DNA from: Squalus acanthias
Lineage: Eukaryota
Assembly (NCBI GenBank): GCA_030390025.1
Contig: CM059438.1
Location: 56,670,001 to 56,734,000 of the forward strand
Direction of reading: 5' to 3'
Length of the DNA stretch: 64,000 bases
Shown here: piece after piece, positions 36,926 to 54,100 of the stretch
How the letters are laid out: the number at the start of each line of letters is the position of its first letter
Numbering within the stretch: position 1 is the first letter of the stretch
Translations under genes and position numbers: made by a program
Notes under the pieces: model-generated
The model's database searches: none
What the model was told of the DNA's origin: nothing
Seen by the model: the letters and a program-made list of their open reading frames with translations, nothing else

Positions 36926-39402
36926 AGAACATAAGAATTAGGAGCAGTAGTAGGCCATACGGCCCCTTGAGCCTGCTCCGCCATTCAATAAGATCATGGC
37001 TGATCATTGACCTCAACTCCACTTTCCCGCCCAATCTCCATATCCCTTGATTCCCCTAGAGTCCCAAAATCTATCTATCTCAGCCTTGAATATACTCAAA
37101 GACTCAGCATTCACAGCCCTCTGGGGCAGAGAATTCCAAAGATTCACAACCCTCTGAGTGAAGAAATTCCTCCTCATCTCAGTCTTAAATGGCCGACACC
37201 TTATCCTGAGACTATGCCCCCTAGTTCTAGACACTCCAGCCAGGGGAAACAACCTCTCAGCATCTACCCTGTCAATCCCCTTCAGAATCTTGTATGTTTC
37301 AATGCGATCACCTCTCATTCTTCTAAACACTAGAGAGTATAGGCCTATTCTACACAATCTCTCATCATAGGACAGCCCTCTCATCCCATGAATCAATCTA
37401 GTGAACCTTTGTTGCACCGCCTCCAAGGCAAGTATATCCTTCCTTAGATAACGAGATCAGAATTGTGCACAGTACTCCAGGTATGGTCTCACCAAGGCAC
37501 TGTACAATTGTAGCAAGACTTCCTTACTCTTATACTCCAACCCCCTTGCAATAAAGACCAACATGCCATTTGCCTTCCTTATTGCTTGCTGTACCTGCAT
37601 GCTAGCTTTCTGTGTTTCTTGCATGAGGACACCCAAATCTCTCTGAACACCAACATTTGAAAGTTTCTCACCATTTAAAAAATATTCTGTTTTTCTATTC
37701 TTCCTACCAAAGTGAATAACCTCACATTTCCTTACATTATACTCCATCTGCCACCTTACTGCCCACTCACTTAGTCTATCTATATCCCTTTGCAGACTCT
37801 TTGTGTTCTCCTCACAGCTTACTGTCCCACCTAGCTTTGTATCATCAGCAAACTTGGATACATTACACTTGGTCCCTTCATCTAGGGTCATTAATATAGA
37901 TTGTAAATAGCTGAGGCACCCCACTAGTTACTGCCTGCCAACCTGAAAAAGATCCGTTTATCCCTACTCTCTGTTTTCTGTCCGTTAACCAATCCGCTAT
38001 CCATGCTACTAAATTATGCCCAACCCCATGAGCCCTAATCTTGTGTAATAATCTCTTATGTGGCACCTTATCGAATGCCTTTTGGAAATCCAAATATACT
38101 ACATCCACTGGTTCCCCTTTATCTACCCTGCTAGTTCCATCCTCAAAAAACTCTAATACATTTGTTAAACATGATTTTTCCTTTCATAAAACCATGTTGA
38201 CTCTGCCTAATCATGTTATGATTTTCTAAGTGACTTGCTACCACTTCCTTAACAATGGATTCCAGCATTTTCCCGACGACTGATGTCAGGCTAACTGGCC
38301 TGTAGTTCCCTGTTTTTTCTCTCCCTCCTTTCTTGAATAGCGGTGTTACATTTGCAACCTTCCAATCCGCTGGGACCTCTCCAGAATCTAGGGAATTTTG
38401 GAAGATCAAAACCAATGCATCCACTATCTCTTCAGCCACCTCTTTTAGAACCCTAGGATGTAGGCCGTCAGGTCCAGGGGATTTGTCGGCTTTTAGTCCC
38501 ATTAGTTTCTCTAGTACTTTTTCTCTACTTATATTAATTACGTTAAGTTCCTCACCCTCATTAGACCCTTGGTTCCCCACCATTTTTGGTATGCTTTTTG
38601 TGTCTTCTACTGTGAAGACAGATACAAAATATTTGTTTAACGTTTCTGCCATTTCCTTATTCCCCATAATAATTTCTCCTGTCTCAGCCTCTAAGGGACC
38701 AACGTTTACTTTTGCTACTCTTTTCCTTTTTACATACTTGTAGGAACTCTTACAATCTGATTTTATATTTCTTGCTAGTTTTCTCTCATATTCTATTTTT
38801 TCCCTTTTTATCAATTTTTTGGTCAACCTTTGCTGGTTTCTGAAACTCTCCCAATCCTCAGGCTTACTGTTATTCTTTGCAACATTATAAGCTTCTTCTT
38901 TCAATCTAATACTATCCTTAACTTCTTTAGTTAGCCACAGTTGGATCACTTTTCCCGTGGAGTTTTTGTTTCTCAATGGAATGTATTTTTGTTGAGAATT
39001 ATGAAATATTTCTTGAAATGCTAGCCACTGCTTATCTACCGCCATACCTTTTAATCTATTTTTCCAATCTACCTTAGCCAACTCGCCCCTCATACCTATG
39101 TAATTGGCTTTATTTAAGTTTAAGATTCTAGTTTCGGACTTAGGCAGTCACTCTCAAAATTAATGTAAAATTCTACCATATTATGATCACTCTGCCCCAG
39201 AGGATCCTTTATTATGAGTTTGCTAATTAACCCTGTCTCATTACACAATACACGATCTAAAATAACCTTTTCCCTGGTTGGTTCCATTACATATTGTTCT
39301 AGGAAACTGTCCCAAATGCATTCCATGAACTCGTCCTCCAGACTACCTTTGCCAATTTGATTTGGCCAGTCTATATGAAGATTAAAGTCCCCAAGATTAT
39401 TG
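36926..39402 (-). mobile_element. Nested younger CR1 LINE (most of ORF2)
   Basis: 316-aa open segment with KSPGPDGLHPRVLKE and NYRPVSLTS, followed by YLDFQKAFD, FADDTK and tail. Confidence 0.9.
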
Positions 39403-41404
39403 CATTACACAAGTTAGGGTTGTATTCCCTAGAATTTAGAAGGTTAAGGGTTGATCTGATCGAAGTTTTCAAGATATTAAATGGAACAGATAGGGTAGAT
39501 AGAGAGAAACTATTTCCGCTGGTTGGGGAGTCTAGGACAAGGAGGCATAGTCTAAAAATTAGAGCCAGACTTTTCAGGAGTGAAATTAGGAAACACTTCT
39601 ACACACAAAGGGTGGTAGAAGTTTGGAACTCTCTTCCGCAAATGGCAATTGATGCTAGATCAATTGTTAATTTTAAATCGGAGATTGATATATTTTTGTT
39701 AACTAAAGGTATTAAGGGATATGGGCCAGAGGTGGGTATATGGAGTTAGATCGCAGATCAGCCATGATCTCATTGAATGGCGGAACAGGCTCAAGGGGCT
39801 CAATGGTCTATTCCTGTTCCTATGCTCCTATTTGGTCTCCAGTAGCATCGGATGTGTTGGGTTGACACTTGACAGCACTTCTGAGATACCACAAATCCCT
39901 ACACAGGTGGCAACACAGATGCTGGCCCATCACGCACAGTACATGCTGTTCTGAATCCTGTGACATCACTCTTTCATTCCCCTGAATAGGTGCCTGCATC
40001 AAGTCAAGCCAATACAAGCAGATGTCAACAGGAGTGACTGGGTCACAGGGCCTGGCAGAGAACACTCCCAAAATAAAATCATACATCCAGACACACATTT
40101 ACCTCATACTCACCTTCACACTATTCAGGCCCCTACAAATGATGACACCCAAACATTAATGACACATAGTCCATCTGTGACACACACAGACATCATCATA
40201 CAGTCACACACACACTGCCCTAGACATCATCATACAGTGACACACACACTGCCCTAGACATCATCATACAGTGACACACACACTGCCCTAGACATCATCA
40301 TACAGTGACACACACACTGCCCTAGACATCATCATACAGTGACACACACACTGCCCTAGACATTACCATACAGTGACACACACACTGCCCTAGATATCAT
40401 CATACAGTGACACACACACTGCCCTAGACATCATCATACAGTGACACACACACTGCCCTAGACATTACCATACAGTGACACACACACTGCCCTAGACATC
40501 ATCATACAGTGACACACACACTGCCCTAGACATTACCATACAGTGACACACACACTGCCCTAGACATGACCATACAGTGACACACACACTGCCCTAGACA
40601 TCATCATACAGTGACACACACACTGCCCTAGACATTACCATACAGTGACACACACACTGCCCTAGACATTATCATAGTGACACACACACACTGCCCTAGA
40701 CATTATCATAGTGACACACACACTGCCCTAGACATTATCATAGTGACACACACACTGCCCTAGACATTATCATAGTGACACACACACTGCCCTAGACATT
40801 ACCATACAGTGACACACACACTGCCCTAGACATTATCATAGTGACACACACACACTGCCCTAGACATTATCATAGTGACACAAACACTGCCCTAGACATC
40901 ATCATAGTGACACACACACTGCCCTAGACATTATCACAGTGATACACACACTGCCCTAGACATCATCATACAGTGACACACACACTGCCCTAGACATTAT
41001 CACAGTGACACAAACACTGCCCTAGACATCATCATACAGTGACACACACACTGCCCTAGACATCATCATACAGTGACACACACACTGCCCTAGACATTAT
41101 CATAGTGACACACACACTGCCCTAGACATAATCATACAGTGACACACACACTGCCATAGACATTATCATAGTGACACACACACTGCCCTAGACATCATCA
41201 TACAGTGACACACACACTACCCTAGACATTATCATAGTGACACACACACTGCCCTAGACATTATCATACAGTGACACACACGCTGCCCTACACTGCCCTA
41301 GACATTATCATAGTGACACGCACACTGCCCTAGATATTATCATACAGTGACACACACACTGCCCTAGACATTATCACAGTGACACACACACTGCCCTAGA
41401 CATT

Positions 41405-42172
41405 GACCCGAAAATTAGACCTAATGCGGGAGAGTACGCACTGTGTACTCTCGCGTATTAGGTCCCGAAGTGCCGGCTTCCTGCATGCACTGCGCATGCG
41501 CGGGAAATCGGCACTTCGGTTATTGCGAAGGGGGGCGGTTCCTAAGTGAACCGCGTGTGCGCTACAGGTTGTGCGCACGCAGCGCACTTAGTTTTTTTTT
41601 CAGGTTTGAACGTACAGGTAAGTGTTGAAGATTTTACACATAAAGAAAGCAGGCGTAAGACCCCCTTTTAACAAGGTAAGTAGTTAATTAAGTATTATTT
41701 TAAAAAAATTTCAACAGGTTTATCTTTTTTAGAGACTTTAAAGAAAGGTAAGTTTATTTTTATAACTTTTAAAAAGAATTTAAATTTTTTCAAAAATTTA
41801 AATTTTTGTTTAAAGTGGTTCATTTATTTAACTATAGTTATTTTTTTAATGTGATGGCTTTTTTTTTTAAATTTAATTGAGGTTTAGCTGTTCTTTTGGG
41901 GGCTTGTTGTATTCATAGTTTTGACAGCTCTTGCTGTCAAAACTATGAATGAAAGATGGTGTGCTGCCATTGGCTCTAACTGACCCAGGTGATCCCAGAG
42001 GTCGCATCGAATTAACTGCGCCTCTGGGACACGCACACACTGCGCGCCGGCACCGGGGAGAGGCCCAGGAACTGAAGTTCGTGTGGGCCAAAACCATAAA
42101 GGTAGGCGCGGAGTGCGATATCGCGGGGGATCCTTACCCCCGCGGCAACCATCGAACTCCAATTTCTGGGCC
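41405..42172 (+). mobile_element. 768-bp Harbinger-like MITE inserted in the satellite
   Basis: Ends gacccgaaaatt ... aatttctgggcc. ATT duplicated at 41402-41404 and 42173-42175. Confidence 0.8.
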
Positions 42173-45100
42173 ATTATCATAGCGACACACACACTGCCCT
42201 AGACATCATCATACAGTGACACACACACACTGCCCTAGACATTATCACACAGTGACACACACACTGCCCTAGACATTATCACAGTGACACACACACTGCC
42301 CTAGACATTATCATAGCGACACACACACTGCCCTAGACATCATCATACAGTGACACACACACACTGCCCTAGACATTATCATACAGTGACACACACACTG
42401 CCCTAGATATTATCACAGTGACACACACACTGCCCTAGACATTATCATAGCGACACACACACTGCCCTCGACATTATCATACAGTGACACACACACTGCC
42501 CTAGACATTATCACAGTGACACACACACTGCCCTAGACATTATCATAGCGACACACACACTGCCCGAGACATTATCAAGTGACACACACACTGCCCTAGA
42601 CATTATCATAGTGACACACACACTGCCCTCGACATTATTATACAGTGACACACACACTGCCCTCGACATTATCACAGTGACACACACACTGCCCTAGACA
42701 TTATCATACAGTGACACACACATAGCCCTAGACATTATCATAGTGACACACACTGCCATAGACATCATCAGACAGTGACACACACACTGCCCTAGACATT
42801 ATCATAGTGACACACACACTGCCCTAGACATTATCATAGTGACACACACACTGCCCTAGACATTATCATCGTGACACACGCACTGCCCTGGACATTATCA
42901 TAGTGACACACACACTGCCCTAGACATTATCATAGTGACACATACACTGCCCTAGACATTATCATACAGTGACACACACACTGCCCTGGCCATTATCATA
43001 GTGACACATACACTGCCCTAGACATTATCATACAGTGACACACACACTGCCCTCGACATTATCATACAGTGACACACACACTGCCCTAGACATTATCAGA
43101 GTGATACACACACTGCCCTAGACGTTATTATCGTGACACACACACTGACCTACACATTATCATACAGTGACACACACACTGCCCTAGGCATTATCACAGT
43201 GACACACACACTGCCCTAGGCATTATCACAGTGACACACACACTGCCCGAGACATTATCACAGTGACACACACACTGCCCTCGACATTATCATAATGACA
43301 CACACACTACCTAAGACATTAACACATGACACACACACTGCCCTAGACATTATCATAGTGACACACACACTGCCCTCGACATTATAATGACACACACACT
43401 GCCCTAGACATTATCATACAGTGACACACACACTGCCCTCGACATTATCATAGTGACACATACACTGCCCTAGACATTATCATACAGTGACACACACACT
43501 GCCCTCGACATTATAATGACACACACACTACCCTAGACATTATCACAATGACACACACACTGCCTGAGACATCATCATACAGTGACACACACACTGCCCG
43601 AGACATTATCATATCGACACACACACTGCCCGAGACATTATCATAGCGACACACACACTGCCCTAGACGTTATCATAGTGACACACACACTGCCCTAGAC
43701 ATTATCATAGCGACACACACACTGCCCGAGACATCATCATAGTGACACACACACTGCCCTCGACATTATCATACAGTGACACACACACTGCCCTAGACAT
43801 TATCATAGTGACACACACACTGCCCTAGACATCATAGTGACACACACACTGCCCTAGACATTATCATACAGTGATACACACACTGCCCTAGACATTACCA
43901 GTGACACACACACTGCCCTCGACATTATCATACAGTGACACACACACTGCTCTAGACATTATCATAGTGACACCCACACTGCCCTAGACATTATCATAGT
44001 GACACACACACACTGCCCTAGACATTATCATACTGTGACACACACACTGCCCTAGACATTATCATAGTGACACACACACTGCCCGAGACATTATCACAGT
44101 GACACACACACTGCCGAAGACATTATCATAGCGACACACACACTGCCCTAGACATTACCAGTGACACACACACTGCCCTAGACATTATCATCGTGACACA
44201 CACACTGCCCTAGACATTATCATAGTGACACCCACACTGCGCTAGACATTATCATAGTGACACACACACTGCCCTAGACATTATCATAGTGACACACACA
44301 CTGCCCTAGACATTATCATAGCGACACACACACTGCCCGAGACATCATCATAGTGACACACACACTGCCCTCGACATTATCATACAGTGACACACACACT
44401 GCCCTAGACATTATCATAGTGACACACACACTGCCCTAGACATCATAGTGACACACACACTGCCCTAGACATTATCATACAGTGATACACACACTGCCCT
44501 AGACATTACCAGTGACACACACACTGCCCTCGACATTATCATACAGTGACACACACACTGCTCTAGACATTATCATAGTGACACCCACACTGCCCTAGAC
44601 ATTATCATAGTGACACACACACACTGCCCTAGACATTATCATACTGTGACACACACACTGCCCTAGACATTATCATAGTGACACACACACTGCCCGAGAC
44701 ATTATCACAGTGACACACACACTGCCGTAGACATTATCATAGCGACACACACACTGCCCTAGACATTACCAGTGACACACACACTGCCCTAGACATTATC
44801 ATCGTGACACACACACTGCCCTAGACATTATCATAGTGACACCCACACTGCCCTAGACATTATCATAGTGACACACACACTGCCCTAGACATTATCATAG
44901 TGACACACACACTGCCCTAGACATTATCATACAGTGACACACACACTGTCCTAGACATTATCACAGTGACACACACACTGCCCTAGACATTATCATAGCG
45001 ACACACACACTGCCCTCGCCATTATCATAGTGACACACACACTGCCCTAGGCATTATCACAGTGACACACACACTGCCCGAGACATTATCACAGTGACAC

Positions 45101-48100
45101 ACACACTGCCCTCGACATTATCATAATGACACACACACTACCTAAGACATTAACACATGACACACACACTGCCCTAGACATTATCATAGTGACACACACA
45201 CTGCCCTCGACATTATAATGACACACACACTGCCCTAGACATTATCATACAGTGACACACACACTGCCCTCGACATTATCATAGTGACACACACACTGCC
45301 CTAGACATTATCATACAGTGACACACACACTGCCCTCGACATTATAATGACACACACACTACCCTAGACATTATCACAGTGACACACACACTGCCTGAGA
45401 CATCATCATACAGTGACACACACACTGCCCGAGACATTATCATATCGACACACACACTGCCCAAGACATCATCATACAGTGACACACACACTGCCCTAGA
45501 CATTATCATAGTGACATACACACTGCCCGAGACATTATCATAGTGACACACACACTGCCCTAGACATTATCATAGTGACACACACACTGCCCTAGACATT
45601 ATCATAGCGACACACACACTGCCCGCGACATCATCATAGTGACACACACACTGCCCTCGACATTATCATACAGTGACACACACACTGCCCTAGACATTAT
45701 CATAGTGACACACACACTGCCCTAGACATCATAGTGACACACACACTGCCCTAGACATTATCATACAGTGATACACACACTGCCCTAGACATTACCAGTG
45801 ACACACACACTGCCCTCGACATTATCATACAGTGACACACACACTGCTCTAGACATTATCATAGTGACACCCACACTGCCCTAGACATTATCAAAGTGAC
45901 ACACACACACTGCCCTAGACATTATCATACTGTGACACACACACTGCCCTAGACATTATCATAGTGACACACACACTGCCCGAGACATTATCACAGTGAC
46001 ACACACACTGCCGTAGACATTATCATAGCGACACACACACTGCCCTAGACATTACCAGTGACACACACACTGCCCTAGACATTATCATCGTGACACACAC
46101 ACTGCCCTAGACATTATCATAGTGACACCCACACTGCGCTAGACATTATCATAGTGACACACACACTGCCCTAGACATTATCATAGTGACACACACACTG
46201 CCCTAGACATTATCATAGCGACACACACACTGCCCGAGACATCATCATAGTGACACACACACTGCCCTCGACATTATCATACAGTGACACACACACTGCC
46301 CTAGACATTATCATAGTGACACACACACTGCCCTAGACATCATAGTGACACACACACTGCCCTAGACATTATCATACAGTGATACACACACTGCCCTAGA
46401 CATTACCAGTGACACACACACTGCCCTCGACATTATCATACAGTGACACACACACTGCTCTAGACATTATCATAGTGACACCCACACTGCCCTAGACATT
46501 ATCATAGTGACACACACACACTGCCCTAGACATTATCATACTGTGACACACACACTGCCCTAGACATTATCATAGTGACACACACACTGCCCGAGACATT
46601 ATCACAGTGACACACACACTGCCGTAGACATTATCATAGCGACACACACACTGCCCTAGACATTACCAGTGACACACACACTGCCCTAGACATTATCATC
46701 GTGACACACACACTGCCCTAGACATTATCATAGTGACACCCACACTGCGCTAGACATTATCATAGTGACACACACACTGCCCTAGACATTATCATAGTGA
46801 CACACACACTGCCCTAGACATTATCATACAGTGACACACACACTGTCCTAGACATTATCACAGTGACACACACACTGCCCTAGACATTATCATAGCGACA
46901 CACACACTGCCCTCGCCATTATCATAGTGACACACACACTGCCCTAGACATTATCATAGCGACACACACACTGCCCTCGCCATTATCATAGTGACACACA
47001 TACTGCCCTAGACATTATCATAGCGACACACACACTGCCCTAAACATTATCATAGCGACACACACACTGCCCTAGACGTTATCATAGTGACACACACACT
47101 GCCCTAGACATTATCATAGCGACACACACACTGCCCGAGACATCATCATAGTGACACACACACTGCCCTCGACATTATCATACAGTGACACACACACTGC
47201 CCTAGACATTATCATAGTGACACACACACTGCCCTAGACATCATAGTGACACACACACTGCCCTAGACATTATCATACAGTGATACACACACTGCCCTAG
47301 ACATTACCAGTGACACACACACTGCCCTCGACATTATCATACAGTGACACACACACTGCTCTAGACATTATCATAGTGACACCCACACTGCCCTAGACAT
47401 TATCATAGTGACACACACACACTGCCCTAGACATTATCATACAGTGACACACACACTGCCCTCGACATTATCATAGTGACACACACACTGCCCTAGACAT
47501 TATCATACAGTGACACACACACTGCCCTCGACATTATAATGACACACACACTACCCTAGACATTATCACAGTGACACACACACTGCCTGAGACATCATCA
47601 TACAGTGACACACACACTGCCCGAGACATTATCATATCGACACACACACTGCCCAAGACATCATCATACAGTGACACACACACTGCCCTAGACATTATCA
47701 TAGTGACATACACACTGCCCGAGACATTATCATAGTGACACACACACTGCCCTAGACATTATCATAGTGACACACACACTGCCCTAGACATTATCATAGC
47801 GACACACACACTGCCCGCGACATCATCATAGTGACACACACACTGCCCTCGACATTATCATACAGTGACACACACACTGCCCTAGACATTATCATAGTGA
47901 CACACACACTGCCCTAGACATCATAGTGACACACACACTGCCCTAGACATTATCATACAGTGATACACACACTGCCCTAGACATTACCAGTGACACACAC
48001 ACTGCCCTCGACATTATCATACAGTGACACACACACTGCTCTAGACATTATCATAGTGACACCCACACTGCCCTAGACATTATCAAAGTGACACACACAC

Positions 48101-51100
48101 ACTGCCCTAGACATTATCATACTGTGACACACACACTGCCCTAGACATTATCATAGTGACACACACACTGCCCGAGACATTATCACAGTGACACACACAC
48201 TGCCGTAGACATTATCATAGCGACACACACACTGCCCTAGACATTACCAGTGACACACACACTGCCCTAGACATTATCATCGTGACACACACACTGCCCT
48301 AGACATTATCATAGTGACACCCACACTGCGCTAGACATTATCATAGTGACACACACACTGCCCTAGACATTATCATAGTGACACACACACTGCCCTAGAC
48401 ATTATCATAGCGACACACACACTGCCCGAGACATCATCATAGTGACACACACACTGCCCTCGACATTATCATACAGTGACACACACACTGCCCTAGACAT
48501 TATCATAGTGACACACACACTGCCCTAGACATCATAGTGACACACACACTGCCCTAGACATTATCATACAGTGATACACACACTGCCCTAGACATTACCA
48601 GTGACACACACACTGCCCTCGACATTATCATACAGTGACACACACACTGCTCTAGACATTATCATAGTGACACCCACACTGCCCTAGACATTATCATAGT
48701 GACACACACACACTGCCCTAGACATTATCATACTGTGACACACACACTGCCCTAGACATTATCATAGTGACACACACACTGCCCGAGACATTATCACAGT
48801 GACACACACACTGCCGTAGACATTATCATAGCGACACACACACTGCCCTAGACATTACCAGTGACACACACACTGCCCTAGACATTATCATCGTGACACA
48901 CACACTGCCCTAGACATTATCATAGTGACACCCACACTGCGCTAGACATTATCATAGTGACACACACACTGCCCTAGACATTATCATAGTGACACACACA
49001 CTGCCCTAGACATTATCATACAGTGACACACACACTGTCCTAGACATTATCACAGTGACACACACACTGCCCTAGACATTATCATAGCGACACACACACT
49101 GCCCTCGCCATTATCATAGTGACACACACACTGCCCTAGACATTATCATAGCGACACACACACTGCCCTCGCCATTATCATAGTGACACACATACTGCCC
49201 TAGACATTATCATAGCGACACACACACTGCCCTAAACATTATCATAGCGACACACACACTGCCCTAGACGTTATCATAGTGACACACACACTGCCCTAGA
49301 CATTATCATAGCGACACACACACTGCCCGAGACATCATCATAGTGACACACACACTGCCCTCGACATTATCATACAGTGACACACACACTGCCCTAGACA
49401 TTATCATAGTGACACACACACTGCCCTAGACATCATAGTGACACACACACTGCCCTAGACATTATCATACAGTGATACACACACTGCCCTAGACATTACC
49501 AGTGACACACACACTGCCCTCGACATTATCATACAGTGACACACACACTGCTCTAGACATTATCATAGTGACACCCACACTGCCCTAGACATTATCATAG
49601 TGACACACACACACTGCCCTAGACATTATCATACTGTGACACACACACTGCCCTAGACATTATCATAGTGACACACACACTGCCCGAGACATTATCACAG
49701 TGACACACACACTGCCGAAGACATTATCATAGCGACACACACACTGCCCTAGACATTACCAGTGACACACACACTGCCCTAGACATTATCATCGTGACAC
49801 ACACACTGCCCTAGACATTATCATAGTGACACCCACACTGCGCTAGACATTATCATAGTGACACACACACTGCCCTAGACATTATCATAGTGACACACAC
49901 ACTGCCCTAGACATTATCATAGCGACACACACACTGCCCGAGACATCATCATAGTGACACACACACTGCCCTCGACATTATCATACAGTGACACACACAC
50001 TGCCCTAGACATTATCATAGTGACACACACACTGCCCTAGACATCATAGTGACACACACACTGCCCTAGACATTATCATACAGTGATACACACACTGCCC
50101 TAGACATTACCAGTGACACACACACTGCCCTCGACATTATCATACAGTGACACACACACTGCTCTAGACATTATCATAGTGACACCCACACTGCCCTAGA
50201 CATTATCATAGTGACACACACACACTGCCCTAGACATTATCATACTGTGACACACACACTGCCCTAGACATTATCATAGTGACACACACACTGCCCGAGA
50301 CATTATCACAGTGACACACACACTGCCGTAGACATTATCATAGCGACACACACACTGCCCTAGACATTACCAGTGACACACACACTGCCCTAGACATTAT
50401 CATCGTGACACACACACTGCCCTAGACATTATCATAGTGACACCCACACTGCCCTAGACATTATCATAGTGACACACACACTGCCCTAGACATTATCATA
50501 GTGACACACACACTGCCCTAGACATTATCATACAGTGACACACACACTGTCCTAGACATTATCACAGTGACACACACACTGCCCTAGACATTATCATAGC
50601 GACACACACACTGCCCTCGCCATTATCATAGTGACACACACACTGCCCTAGGCATTATCACAGTGACACACACACTGCCCGAGACATTATCACAGTGACA
50701 CACACACTGCCCTCGACATTATCATAATGACACACACACTACCTAAGACATTAACACATGACACACACACTGCCCTAGACATTATCATAGTGACACACAC
50801 ACTGCCCTCGACATTATAATGACACACACACTGCCCTAGACATTATCATACAGTGACACACACACTGCCCTCGACATTATCATAGTGACACACACACTGC
50901 CCTAGACATTATCATACAGTGACACACACACTGCCCTCGACATTATAATGACACACACACTACCCTAGACATTATCACAGTGACACACACACTGCCTGAG
51001 ACATCATCATACAGTGACACACACACTGCCCGAGACATTATCATATCGACACACACACTGCCCAAGACATCATCATACAGTGACACACACACTGCCCTAG

Positions 51101-54100
51101 ACATTATCATAGTGACATACACACTGCCCGAGACATTATCATAGTGACACACACACTGCCCTAGACATTATCATAGTGACACACACACTGCCCTAGACAT
51201 TATCATAGCGACACACACACTGCCCGCGACATCATCATAGTGACACACACACTGCCCTCGACATTATCATACAGTGACACACACACTGCCCTAGACATTA
51301 TCATAGTGACACACACACTGCCCTAGACATCATAGTGACACACACACTGCCCTAGACATTATCATACAGTGATACACACACTGCCCTAGACATTACCAGT
51401 GACACACACACTGCCCTCGACATTATCATACAGTGACACACACACTGCTCTAGACATTATCATAGTGACACCCACACTGCCCTAGACATTATCAAAGTGA
51501 CACACACACACTGCCCTAGACATTATCATACTGTGACACACACACTGCCCTAGACATTATCATAGTGACACACACACTGCCCGAGACATTATCACAGTGA
51601 CACACACACTGCCGTAGACATTATCATAGCGACACACACACTGCCCTAGACATTACCAGTGACACACACACTGCCCTAGACATTATCATCGTGACACACA
51701 CACTGCCCTAGACATTATCATAGTGACACCCACACTGCGCTAGACATTATCATAGTGACACACACACTGCCCTAGACATTATCATAGTGACACACACACT
51801 GCCCTAGACATTATCATAGCGACACACACACTGCCCGAGACATCATCATAGTGACACACACACTGCCCTCGACATTATCATACAGTGACACACACACTGC
51901 CCTAGACATTATCATAGTGACACACACACTGCCCTAGACATCATAGTGACACACACACTGCCCTAGACATTATCATACAGTGATACACACACTGCCCTAG
52001 ACATTACCAGTGACACACACACTGCCCTCGACATTATCATACAGTGACACACACACTGCTCTAGACATTATCATAGTGACACCCACACTGCCCTAGACAT
52101 TATCATAGTGACACACACACACTGCCCTAGACATTATCATACTGTGACACACACACTGCCCTAGACATTATCATAGTGACACACACACTGCCCGAGACAT
52201 TATCACAGTGACACACACACTGCCGTAGACATTATCATAGCGACACACACACTGCCCTAGACATTACCAGTGACACACACACTGCCCTAGACATTATCAT
52301 CGTGACACACACACTGCCCTAGACATTATCATAGTGACACCCACACTGCGCTAGACATTATCATAGTGACACACACACTGCCCTAGACATTATCATAGTG
52401 ACACACACACTGCCCTAGACATTATCATACAGTGACACACACACTGTCCTAGACATTATCACAGTGACACACACACTGCCCTAGACATTATCATAGCGAC
52501 ACACACACTGCCCTCGCCATTATCATAGTGACACACACACTGCCCTAGACATTATCATAGCGACACACACACTGCCCTCGCCATTATCATAGTGACACAC
52601 ATACTGCCCTAGACATTATCATAGCGACACACACACTGCCCTAAACATTATCATAGCGACACACACACTGCCCTAGACATTATCATAGCGACACACACAC
52701 TGCCCTAGACATTATCATAGCGACACACACACACTGCCCTAGACATTATCATACTGACACACACACTGCCCTAGACATTATCATACAGTGACACACACTG
52801 CCCGAGACATTATCACAGTGACACACACACTGCCCTAGACATTATCATAGTGACACACACACTGCCCTCGACATTATCATACAGTGACACACACACTGCC
52901 CTAGACATTATCACAGTGACACACACACTGCCCTCGACATTATCATACAGTGACACACACACTGCCCTCGACATTATCATAGTGACACACACACTGCCCT
53001 AGACATTATCATAGTGACACACACACTGCCCTCGACATCATAGTGACACACACACTGCCCTGGACATTATCATCGTGACACACACACTGCCCTAGACATC
53101 ATAGTGATGCACACACTGCCCTAGACATTATCATCGTGACACACACACTGCCTTAGACATCATCATACAGTGACACACACACTGTCCTAGACATTATCAT
53201 AGTGACACACACACTGCCCTAGACATTACCAGTGCACACACACCGCCCTCGACATTATGATACAGTGACACACACACTGCCCTAGACATTATCATAGTGA
53301 CACCCACACTGCCCTAGACATCATCATAGTGACACACACACTGCCCTAGACATTATCACAGTGACACACACACTGCCCTCGACATTATCATACAGTGACA
53401 CACACACTGCCCTCGACATTATCATAGTGACACACACACTGCCCTCGACATTATAATGACACACACACTGCCCTAGACATTATCATAGTGACACACACAC
53501 TGCCCTCGACATCATAGTGACACACACACTGCCCTGGACATTATCATCGTGACACACACACTGCCCTAGACATCATAGTGATGCACACACTGCCCTAGAC
53601 ATTATCATCGTGACACACACACTGCCTTAGACATCATCATACAGTGACACACACACTGTCCTGGACATTATCATAGTGACACACACACTGCCCTAGACAT
53701 TACCAGTGACACACACACCGCCCTCGACATTATGATACAGTGACACACACACTGCCCTAGACATTATCATAGTGACACCCACACTGCCCTAGACATCATC
53801 ATAGTGACACACACACTGCCCTAGACATTATCACAGTGACACACACACTGCCCTCGACATTATCATACAGTGACACACACACTGCCCTCGACATTATCAT
53901 AGTGACACACACACTGCCCTCGACATTATAATGACACACACACTACCCTAGACATTATCACAGTGACACACACACTGCCTGAGACATCATCATACAGTGA
54001 CATACACACTGCCCAAGACATCATCATAGTGACACACACACTGCCCTAGACATTATCATACTGACACACACACTGCCCGAGACATTATCATATCGACACA

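Larger units (their letters stand above)
35975..39825 (+). mobile_element. 5'-truncated CR1 LINE hosting two antisense CR1 insertions
   Basis: RT pieces at 35975-36325, 36721-36925 and 39403-39825 join into one element. Confidence 0.8.

Noticed and set aside
40105..40135. 19-nt micro-exon on the minus strand (tttgtAG|...AAG|GTGAGT)
   Set aside because: Too short and unsupported to distinguish from chance.
45342..51152. Three identical 69-aa ORFs
   Set aside because: Translations of satellite monomers; useful only as markers of higher-order duplication.
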